Below the pieces are notes generated by a model. That model was not told where the DNA came from and did not search any database. It saw only the letters and a list, made by a program, of their open reading frames with translations. DNA of 64,000 nt from Pelomyxa schiedti (Eukaryota; Protista; Evosea), in NCBI GenBank assembly GCA_020536535.1, contig JAHLWZ010000053.1:34842-98841 (forward strand). The letters run 5' to 3'. Shown here in pieces: positions 35,969 to 46,157 of this stretch. Every line of letters begins with the position of its first letter. Within the stretch, counting starts at the first letter, position 1. Made by a program: the position numbers and the translations under genes.

Positions 35969-36870
35969 TCAATACAAAGCAATGATAATTAAACAAACCT
36001 GCCATGTTCCACTATCAGGGTACATCTTATCAGAGTGCACGGATTCGTTCAGTCTGACTCGGTCCAATCTATCACCGTTGCACAGACTAGCTGTAACGAC
36101 GTTGGCTGTGTTATCTACACAAGGTCTGAGAAGAATGGAGTTGAAATCATTTGCGGGGATGAAGACTAGGGATGCCAAAACCGGTGATTCTCGTGGAATA
36201 GAATGGCTTGCGAAACTATCTCTATGGTCTGTGTGTCCAAGTTCTTACGGGAAGAGTATGCTCGCCACACCTTAGGGAAGAAATAAGAGCACAAGAAGAG
36301 AAATGAAGAACACACAGATTCCCCTCGGGCACCGTGGAACCGTTCCGAAGATTCTCCTGGGTTTTTTGTTGTTACAAACATTTAAAAGGATAAAAAAGGG
36401 AACCTTCTCTGGCGCAATCATGGAATAAAGCTGCATAAAGTAGGCACTCGCGCAAGGTATCCACGGGAAGGTGCTTTCCCCAATACTTTTGGGTTTTTAG
36501 ATAGCTATCATTTCATTTTTTTATTTTTACGATCATATATTACTTTAAACGAGCATTGTCATACATTAGCAGCAGAGCTTCGCAGTATCCCGTCCATCAC
36601 ACACAATCCCAAGCATGCCACTCGTATCCAATGTGACTGTCCGTGCATATTGGAGGTGATTCTCTCAAAAGGGTGCGTGTTCGCACTCAGTGGAACCCAT
36701 AATGCAGTGGCCGAGGACGAGGATGAGGCCGACGTAGTATTAGCCACAGTGTCTGCCACAATCGTGGGAGGGCGCCAGTCCACGGGCTTGGATCGTTCGA
36801 TGTCACAATCCAGGTATACGCGATGAAAAAAACCCTTGACGAGGTCTCTATGTGACCGTATTTGTTCCAT
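35969..36870 (-). CDS. Hypothetical protein (boundaries uncertain)
   Basis: Consecutive minus-strand ORF blocks (36559-37044, 36166-36381, 35969-36178) separated by intron-like AT-rich gaps. No recognisable domain. Confidence 0.35.
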
Positions 36871-37096
36871 GTAATTAACTACACCACTTCGAGTACAATA
36901 ACAAGAAACGTTAAAAAAAATGTGTGAGGGAAGAGTATAGTATTGTAAAGGTAAAGGTGTGGCTGCCGAACAAGCCACTGGAAATGTATATGAGACAGGT
37001 AGAATGAGGTGGATTACGGGATGAAGGCTATGCAGGCCAGCCACAATGCTCCTCCCATAACTGCACGCTTGCTATCTGAGCACAAAATGGCCGGGG

Positions 37097-37549
37097 TCAC
37101 AAGGTAGCGTACTTGTCAGTCCACTCCTTGGCGGTTCTGTTGTAGCGCTCCCTGTCAGCCGTGAACACCTCGGCGATCTCAGGGACCAGCGGGTGGTCCG
37201 CGTTGGGCTCGGACAGCAAAGTCACGATCGACAGCAAGATCTGCACGGTCGTGACCTCGGGCGACCACGTCTCCTTGACGATGTCGAGGCAGATGCCGCC
37301 GTTCTTGTTGATGTTTGGGTGGTACACCCTCGTCACGAACGTGAGCTTGGGCGCACGTGCGGGGTATTCGGCGGGGAACGCGATGTCGACGTAGAAGGTG
37401 CCCCCGGCGTACGGGCTGTTGTCCGGTCCCATAATGGTGGCGCGCCACTGGAAGAAGTCGTCCTCGTTGGGCACGATGTCGATGTTAGCCGGCGCCTCGT
37501 TGCGGAAGTCCCGGAGTTCCTTCTGCATCCTCGCTCGTGCCCCCCTCAT
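37097..37549 (-). CDS. Ubiquitin-conjugating enzyme E2 (UBC4/UBE2D-like), intronless
   Basis: ARMQKELRDF, WRATIMGPDNSPYAGGTF, FPAEYP..APK, VYHPNINKNGGICLDI (active-site Cys), PNADHPLVPEIA. Confidence 0.95.
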   Translation of the reverse strand: MRGARARMQKELRDFRNEAPANIDIVPNEDDFFQWRATIMGPDNSPYAGGTFYVDIAFPAEYPARAPKLTFVTRVYHPNINKNGGICLDIVKETWSPEVTTVQILLSIVTLLSEPNADHPLVPEIAEVFTADRERYNRTAKEWTDKYATL

Positions 37550-37773
37550 TCTTTTTTGTTTTTTTTTTTTTTTTTGGTTGTGATTTTTGATGAAGTTTTT
37601 TGATAATTGGATCTCCGATGGTGCTGCCCACACCCAACTTAATTCAAGCACTTCCACAACTTGCATCTTTGGTGTGTGTTAGAAAAGAATGTTCCAGACA
37701 TTAAGAGCGTGAAAAGACAAATTTTTTTTAAAAGCAGTCACGGCACTCAGAGGGTAAAATAAGGGTTTTTGAG

Positions 37774-40700
37774 CTACTGGTCTTGGTCACGTACCAAGAG
37801 GCAGTGTTCCATGTTGGGAAGAAGGAGGCAGGGAAGTGAGTCAATGACTGTTGGCTGCCACTTGTGACCACGTGAGTACACCAGTTTGCACGCAAGGGAA
37901 GCTGCCATAATTGCCTTTTTGTGGTTATCTGGAACCCGCTGCATTATCTGATGTTATTGTAGGTGGTTGCAGAGAGAAAAAGGGTAAGTTGACGATGAAG
38001 GGATCAAAGGAGAATTTTCTTACTTGGTCGAGGAATTGGGATGACAAGCACTTCGGGAGGTATTCTACAAAGGCCTGACTTAAAGATTCGTGGAACATAT
38101 AGGTGTTATCAGCGAGGTCAATGTTCTGAAGGAATCTCTGAGAGGTGGGTTACGGAATGAATTGAATTGGAGATATAAATGCACACCAGAATATCATATT
38201 TGTATTTAATTATGTGAGCAGATATCAGGTCAGAAACTTGAGTGAGGCGAGAGAGTCCTGATCCTATCTGGCGGTACTTGGCGCCTGCAAACAAGCATTT
38301 GGCTTCGTTGTATGCGTCGGCTTCAATGCGCAAAAGAATTTCCTTTGCAAGGTCGGATTTAACTGAAAGAAACTGCTCCCGTGATAAAGCAATACCTTTT
38401 TTTAAGTAAAGCTGAGATATTAAAGGACCAGGAAAGTACAATTCATACCAGCTAAAATCTCAAAAGAAGAGCTTATCACGCCACCTTTGTTTGCTGAGGA
38501 GTCTTTGACAATTAAAACGCCATTATCTTCCAGAACGTGTCTCGCTTCGTCAGTAATGTACAAGTTCGCCCCTTCAATGATACCCTGTGCCGTTGGTCTG
38601 CCCTCCTGGAAAAACTGAAGAACTTTCAATATACACTTCGTGGAAGGGTATTGGAAAACATGCCTCCTGTACGTTATCTGCATTGAGCGATCGCGGTCTT
38701 CCTGGGTTTTGTCAATGTCTGCGGTGAGTTAAAATGTGGGGCCTACCTCCACAAGGTGCAAATATATCGGCTTTTGTTGAGTGGACATTTGTAAGAAAGA
38801 TGTGGCGTGCTGTATTGTTGCTAAGCCAAACCTCTTCAGCTGGAAGTCCAACCTCCGGCCTTGGTTGTTGAGAGGTGATGGATAGTGACTGCAATAATAC
38901 CTGATTTTCTTATAGCACAATGTCTCATAGGCCACAGAACTGCGAGCTCTGACAGATATGTAAACAGGGGAAGATAAAACTTTTTAGAAGTACCGGGTAA
39001 CATTAAGGCACAGAAGAAAGCCCCCTTTGTGTAATAACTTGGGGTCATACTTATGTATAGGTTGCTCAGAAGCAAAAAGCTGGGCAGTTTCCCTGAGATC
39101 TATCCCCTCTGGATCATAAATTGTTCCAGACACATCCGTCAGTGCGACTACCTTAGCCTGTTGCAGAGTTATTTCCAGCTTCAAAATCGAAACAGCACAC
39201 AATGGATCCCATTTTCTCGTGGAGGAGTCGAAGAAGATTTCCTGCGACGTCCCCATCTGGGCCGCCAGTCATCTGATAAAAGATATAGGTATAGGTTAAG
39301 TGTACACACGGGACTCAATGAAAGGAAACGGAAACCTTGAGAGTGAAGGGCTTGTCCGTCAATTCTAACTTCTCCAGGAGTACCCTGATTTTTATATTTT
39401 AGTACGCCACAGACTTACTCAAAACTATCAAACCTCAAAAATGTAAAGCACCCTGCCGATGTAACTCCATATTGTTTGTGGTTGATCCCTGCCTCAACCT
39501 TTCCAGAAATGAAGGCTGAACCAATGGTGTATCCAGCCTGAACGCTAGCATTGGCAATCCACTCAATGGTATCGGAATGCATGTTCTCATCAGGACCAAG
39601 GAATACTGCCTCAGGTGTACCCAGGTAATCCACAATTTTGGGATTTACAAGACACTTGGTTTCACCTGATGTGCACATAAATGTTTTCCAAAAAAAATCT
39701 CTCAAAAGCTCACTGCTAAAAACCAGCATTGGAAGGAATGTAGAAATGAAGGCACGCTGGTTGAAATGGATGTACTCTTCACTGCAGGAACTGGCATAGT
39801 TGTTCAAACGAAGGTCTACATGTTCTTCTTCTTCTTCTCAAAAAGTAAAACACACGTTAAGTAAGAATTAGCCACCTTCTAAATCAGCTTTCACAAGGAG
39901 GATATCGCTTGCCAAAGAATGGTAGGGTAATAAAAAAAGAGTTGCCTTGGCACCACCCTCTGGTATATCTTTATTTTTCTTGTGCTGGGTGAAGGCAAGG
40001 TTATAGCACTCACTGAAAATGTTGGGTCTCTCATATCTCCCATGCATCAGGTCATAGATTTTTTTCCCCCACATACCTTGCTTGTTCACTATCTCTGGTA
40101 ATGATTGTTCTGAGTCCTCCACGTGCGAGTTCACTGAATCTATACAAAAGAGGTTTAATCTAGGAAAAAGGAACTATACCACTACAAAGAACCTGATGTG
40201 CCACCCAAAGAAAGTAAAGCCCCATATAAAAAACATCCCATGAGGAAGCTGCGGGTATTTTTCCAGGAGTTTGCTTTCTTCGTTTTTACTTGGCGTGGGA
40301 CCCTTCTCCATAAAATGTGGGTCCAACCTAAATCCAATTCCAGTTGAAAAATGAGTTGCATAAAATGTGCACTTGAGGCAGTGCTCAAGGAGGTTAATAA
40401 CCTGAAATGTTTTGAGATTGAGTAAAAAGGAAGACTTCTTACTTGTGCCAATATTATTCTCCTACGTTCATCATTCTTTTTGCGGCCAGAATCGAGATCA
40501 GAAATGTATTTACGACTTTGGAGTATAGCGGAGGTAAACCCTTCAATGTTTTTTCTTTTCACAAATGTTAGATGCAGCAAACAGGTGCAAAATCACCTGG
40601 AAGGGTGAAATTTGAGCTCAAACGCCTTCACAAGCAACAGAGTTATCTCCGGGCTAAAGCACAGGGCATCCAGGCACAGTTCCTCAGACATCCAAGGAAA

Positions 40701-41897
40701 GGTATCAACTAAAGATTGCTCAGCCATCACACCGAGTGCTTGAACCAAAGCACCTATGTTTGCTCAGCTTTTTAAGAAGTAAAAGGTAATTTGTACCAAC
40801 CGTAGTCAGAACTCAGGGCACCAGTGGAGACATATGTCTTATGAACCATATCTCCATTGATCCTGTTCCGCAATGCTCTGAAATCAGATAAAAAGTCATC
40901 AAGGTGAACACTCTCACTTTCCATATCTTGAGGATTGTAAGAGAATTAGGAGCACAAAATATACCATAGAGATGTATCTTGCCGAAGAGAATCGATTTGG
41001 CAGAGTGAGGATTGAGAAAGACAAGTGACGAGCTGCCAAGCCTCATAGTATACCGTTCTATAAGAGCAGATAGACTTCGGAAAAAGAAAGCTCGAGAAAT
41101 ATTCTTCCAGGCAAAATTCAAAGTTACCCCTAGGAAAATAAGTGAAGGTGCAAATTTGACAGAAATAGGGACTATACGATTATCATCTGGGTCAACAGAA
41201 ATATCGTACTGCAAATCATCACTGTAAGAAGCGCGTAGGATAAGTGCAGACTGTAAGGGTGTAGGAAGTAGCTTGTAACATGCCTCCTCATGAGGTTCAG
41301 AAAAGATTACTCTTGTAATCCTCAAACCCTTTTTGATGCATAAGGTAAAACATCTCCTTTATTTTTTCTTACTTCATTATACCCTGGGAAAGGAATACTT
41401 GATCGAGAGGAGTAATATCCACAAATTCCCCTCTTTCCATAGTGCTTAATTTTTTTCATTTAGAAGAATATCAGGACCTATTGCCCTAGGAAAAGGTAAC
41501 CCACATGAAAGATTTCATTGTCGATGCCCCTCTTGTCTAGAGATATTGTCAGAGCACTCGATTTCTACAAATAAAGGTAAGACGGAAAACTTGCAAAAAT
41601 TGACAGAAACAAAGGATGAACGAACGAAATAACCTTGAACCTCAAATAGACCATTTGATCAATGACACGAGATATTACTAGCAACCTGGCCACAACCAAC
41701 TCCTCCATTGGCTCCAATATGCACTGCCCATGGTCCACCAGTGGGACATTGGTTCTCACCCAGTCCCTGAACTCAATCTCGGTCCCAGTCCCAGTCTCGG
41801 CCGCGTCACCCCTTCTTTCAATTCCTGGTTCCACTTGCGCCCCAATGACGTCACCCTTGTTTACGTCGTCGCCCGGCTTAGTACCGCTCGCCATCAT
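37774..41897 (-). CDS. NAD-specific glutamate dehydrogenase (large, GDH2-type)
   Basis: ECYNLAFTQHKKNKDIPEGGAK, FLGPDENM, FISGK..AGINHKQYGVTS, TGGPDGDVAGN, FAPCGGRP, IIEGANLYIT, VKDSSANKGGVISSSFEILAG. Confidence 0.92.
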
Positions 41898-42141
41898 TCA
41901 ACCTAACAAGCAACTCAGTGAGCAATTGGAGCACTTCAGCAAAGTCCACCGTGACGACATTGTTTGCTCATGCTAGTGCCCGTCCCAAACCAAAGGAGCA
42001 ATTAACGACGTTTCGCCTTGCGAAATCTTTTGGCAACAACCGTGATGGTAATGAGAAATTGAACCCTGAAAAGCCGCTTTTGTTGCTTATAGCATGGAAC
42101 AAGGAAGGCTGTAGATGCAAAAGGAAAGGGGGGTGCCATTT

Positions 42142-43054
42142 TCAAGAAAGGAGGTCAAAGTCGTCCAGTTCGTTGCGGAATTTGAGTATGGTTTCTTTGA
42201 TTCTGGACTGGTCAGTCCATGTGATGTAATCTTCCATTTTTCTGTTTTAAATCGGAAATGAGTAAACTGTTTGGTTGCATTGGTATGACGAACTTGGTTA
42301 CAAGCATTGCTGGATCAGTCACCACTTCAGGTCCGATCCTAACATCTAGGAGGGGATGGATTATTATGAAGCACTGAGCATGCATTGACAAGCAAAAGAA
42401 CAAAAACATAAATAAAGAACAACGGCATACGGTTGTGTGAGATGTATTTGACAGCTGTTCCAATGTCTGGTGCCATCCGCAGTCTTACAAGAACAACTGA
42501 GAGCCGCCTCCTTTTGGTGCCGTTAAAAAAACCAAGCAAGATAATGTCAACCTGCAAAAATCAGTCGGGCCGATATGAAAGACTTGCTGAGTTCCTTCTG
42601 GGTTAGGAACAATGGCCATTTCATGTCTAAGAGATGTAAAAGAAAGAACAAAAAGTGATTGGAGAGCCATACAGTTTTTTGATGATGACTTTTCCTTTTT
42701 CTATCGCATCTGGGTCGGAGTGAGGCAGTTGCTTGTCCAAGAAGTTAAAGAATTCCTGAATTTGCCTTATAATCTTCTTGTACTACAGCACAGTCACAAA
42801 GACGTTAATAAGAATTTTGTGATTTCAAACCTTGTGGTAGTCTTCTCTCTGCAAATGGTACTTCCGAATAGCCGCGTATTCATAGAATTTGCCAGGTTCT
42901 GACGCCCAGTTTATAAAATCGACCTATGGAGCATAAAAACCCCTGTTCCGCGAGAGTAACAAAAAAAAAAAGAATGAAGAATGTGGCCCACTTTCTTCAG
43001 TAGTTTTTTCTCGTGGAATTTCAACGGCCTTAAGCTCGTGTGCCGCGACGCCAT
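42142..43054 (-). CDS. IMP3: U3 snoRNP protein IMP3 (S4 domain)
   Basis: RPLKFHEKKLLKK|VDFINW, REDYHK, FC|RRRLSVV, HVRIGPEVVTDPAMLVT, MEDYITWTDQSRIK..I.KFRNELDDFDL. Confidence 0.93.
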
Positions 43055-43146
43055 CACGCGATCTAATTAATTAAGCCTAATTAATCAATTCACAGAAATC
43101 TGCAACACGACGGCCGTTTCGGCATCTTTGCGCAAGTCGACTTTTG

Positions 43147-44112
43147 CAGTGTTGGCGGGAACCCGGGAAAACGGGACACGGGAAGAGAATTTGGGCGGGT
43201 CCCGCTCCCGGGAAATGAGTGGGTCTTCCCGGCTCTTCCCGATCTGCTAGAGAAATCTCTTATTTACTTCACAGTCCTGAGGAACAACGACGGCGAGGCA
43301 AAGGACAGAGTTGAGGAACCAGCTGAAAAGAAAACCTAATACAATTGTGGCCATGTTTAGAGTAGGCCCTTCAAACCCGACTCGGAAAAAAAAAAGCGAC
43401 TCGGAATTTTAAACCCGACTCGGAATTTTTAACCATCAAAAAGCGATCTTCGTATTTGTAATTACGCATCGCCTGCCCAACCGCCCCGAAATGCCAGCAG
43501 ACCACAGAGTAGAATGCACTATGGTGTATACATATCACCCTGTTGCATTACTACAATAACCGACACCAGACAGCCGTGTAGCCGAATGCACTGGCTGTCT
43601 CTGGCCTAAAAAGTACGTTGACCGCGAAAAACCAAGCCAATCATTCATATTGGGTGCTATTGGCACAATGCCATGGCACTGCACGGTAACGGCGTGACCA
43701 CAACCCACAACCGACACCAATTATGCTCGTCGAGCATAATTAATAATGTGTCCGTAGAATAGAAAAAGGGAAAAATGGGTGTGGAACCGATTTACCAGAA
43801 CCCGATGATTGCAAGTTGGGTTAAAAATTCCGAGTCGGGTTTAAAATTCCGAGTCGCTTTTTTTTTTCCGAGTCGGGTTTAAGTTTTGTGAGTCGGATTA
43901 TTGCTTTTGTGAGTCGGTTTTTAAGGGCCTACTCTATAGCCCCACAAGCTCGCCGCTCGTGGCACCACATCCCAAAAAGGGAAAAAGACGGATTCACCAC
44001 AGGGTTTTCTCTGAAAAAGGAAATGTACGGGATGCCCGGGAACCCCGGGAAGACGCCCTCTCTTCCCGGGACGACCCGGGAAGCAAAAAAAAGTGTTTCC
44101 CGGCCAACACTG
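43147..44112. mobile_element. Non-autonomous hAT-type DNA transposon (966 bp) with 8-bp TSD
   Basis: TIRs CAGTGTTGGC-GGGAA (43147) and TTCCCGGCCAACACTG (ending 44112). Perfect direct repeat GACTTTTG at 43139-43146 and 44113-44120. Clusters of CCCGGGA subterminal motifs at both ends. No transposase ORF. Confidence 0.9.
43358..43936. mobile_element. Nested MITE-like element with TIRs and long subterminal inverted repeats
   Basis: Termini TAGAGTAGGCCCTT / AAGGGCCTACTCTA (14 bp, perfect). Perfect 62-bp inverted repeat at 43373-43434 vs 43819-43880, built of CGACTCGG units. Confidence 0.85.
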
Positions 44113-44188
44113 GACTTTTGCAACCAAATGGACAAGGATTGCACTCAAATGGTAGTAATGTTCGGGCCACGAGGGCGAGTAATTTGTT

Positions 44189-45973
44189 TCAGGTAAAGGC
44201 AACAAGGATTGACTCCTCGTTGACAGGCCACTTGGAAGCTCCACAGTCATTTTGCAAAAAAATGACCCGCGAGTCATGCACGGCCTTGAATGTTGTTGCT
44301 GTTGTTGTGTGCTGTGACCCACTCACAAAGCTGTGCCTGCCTGAAGCAAGCACGGCAGAGGCTCTCTGGAATTTGGATGACAGGAGCATTTGCAGACCCT
44401 CAGCATCCTCCCAATTCGGGAGCACAATTGCATATGACAGAGGTCCAGGGCATATGCTCAGAAGCTTCTCCATTCGCAGTGCCATGGCTATTATAAGCTC
44501 CTCAACAAAAGGTGGGTTGGCCTCAAATGACCCCCCTTCTTCTGGGTTTGGGGTGTACTCAAAGAATGACCCAAGTGACCCAAACGGCGCATCTGTGTCA
44601 TGGTATGCACTGCAGTACTGCGGAAGAAAGCAGTTGAGTGGGGAGGCAAAGCATTCGCATGTCACGCCAAAGCGCTGGTGGAGTGCTGTGAGGTGTGCCT
44701 GAGGCACAGCGGCATGAAGCGAAGCAGCTTTATCACTGCCTATCATTGCTTGCATGCGCAGCATTAGGCAGAATGCGTCACTTAGAAAGCCATCTGGGAA
44801 ATCACTTGCATGGATTGCGTGAGTGAATTCAGTATGCAGTTCTGGGTGTGCACGGGACCACAACTCGCACAACTTGTTGAAGTGCTGCTTGGAGATAGTA
44901 ACGTTGCAGCTGCTATATGCTAATTCAACTGTGGTTCCGCGTGTTGCAATTCGCACAGCTTCATAAATCTCCTTGCGGTTTGCAGTACTATTAGGATCCA
45001 GTAGGGGTGAAGAGGGTTTCGCAATAAAAACTTCTAATTCTGTTGCTTCAGTGAAAGCGATTTTCTTCAGTTCCTCACACACTTGGGTGGCGAGTGGCAT
45101 CATTTTCTTGTCAAATATAGCGCGACATTGTTGCTGAATGGTGTTTTAGTATAAAAGGGCTAAGGGGGAAGTGTAGCTAACTAAACATTTCGGTATCAAG
45201 TGTCAAGATAGAAAACAAAAAAAAAATAAAGAAATAAAATAAAATTAAAATTAGATTGTCCTTGCCTTCAATATTTTGATGATGTCGACTACGTCCTGGG
45301 CACCTACGCCCGGCGCAGCGGCTCTCCTCTCAGCGTCACAAATAGCCCCGCGGACGATTCCCACCTCGTCGGCAGTCAGGCTCGCCCCGCGGGGCCCGTC
45401 CGCCAGCAAAGCGCGGGCCTCCCTCGCCCACAGAGCCAGGCTCTGCATCGCCTGGCTCCTGTCCCTGGGCCACATGTTCACCTTGACCGGCACGTCCTCC
45501 AGCACCTCCCTGCGCAGCGACGTGCTGGCCGCGTCCCTGCACGCCCCCGCCTCCAGCAGCGCACTGACGGCGGCGGCCCGCTGGCTCCCGCTACTGCCTG
45601 TGCTCGTGCTCGTGCTCGCGGTTGCGGCTGCTTCCGCCTCCGCCTCCGCCTCCGCCTCGGCCTCGGCCCGGGCCACGAGGGCGCGCTCCAGGGCCCAGCG
45701 CTCGTAGGAGTTCTTGGGGGGGTCGATGCCCACCAGGGACGAGATGAGCCGGCGGTGGTGGGCACGCAACCTCTCCACCGCCTGGCACCGCGACACCTCC
45801 TTGGCGGGAGTCGTAGCGGCCGTCCTTGTGGCTCCGCCGCGCCTCGCTGCCCCCGGCGTGTTTTCCATGGGCAGCAGGAGCGCAACACCAACACCAACAG
45901 CACACGAGGAGGAGGACGAGGGTTGGGGCGATACTCTGGGGCGCTTTGTTGGCGTCGCTTTGGCTGCACTCAT
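44189..45973 (-). CDS. PCIF1: mRNA cap-specific (2'-O-methyl)adenosine N6-methyltransferase PCIF1/CAPAM-like
   Basis: PPKNSYERWALER, FGVTCECFASPLN, YCSAYHDTDAPFGSLGSFF, GSFEANPPF (catalytic NPPF), PLSYAIVLPNW, H.FVSG.QH, VIFLQND.G..KW. Confidence 0.9.
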
Positions 45974-46157
45974 TTTTAGAATGCTGCGATCTTGGGGAAT
46001 TTCTTGCACGTGCCAGACAGTCTGTTTTGACAGCCTCTAGACACCAAGGAAGGCACTGAAGCAACATTCTTTGTTACAGGAAAAAGCGTAAAGACGAGAC
46101 AAACAGGTAGAAAAAACAAAGTTTTTTGTTGTGCCTTTGCTGTTCCGCGACCTTCAC

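Noticed and set aside
43373-43917. CRISPR-like appearance of short repeated units
   Set aside because: The units are about 9 bp, arranged as inverted subterminal repeats with no unique spacers or cas genes. A transposon end explains them.
43888-44702. ORFs in or overlapping the transposon as a possible transposase
   Set aside because: They are short, have no DDE/BED/hATC motifs, and are largely antisense to PCIF1.
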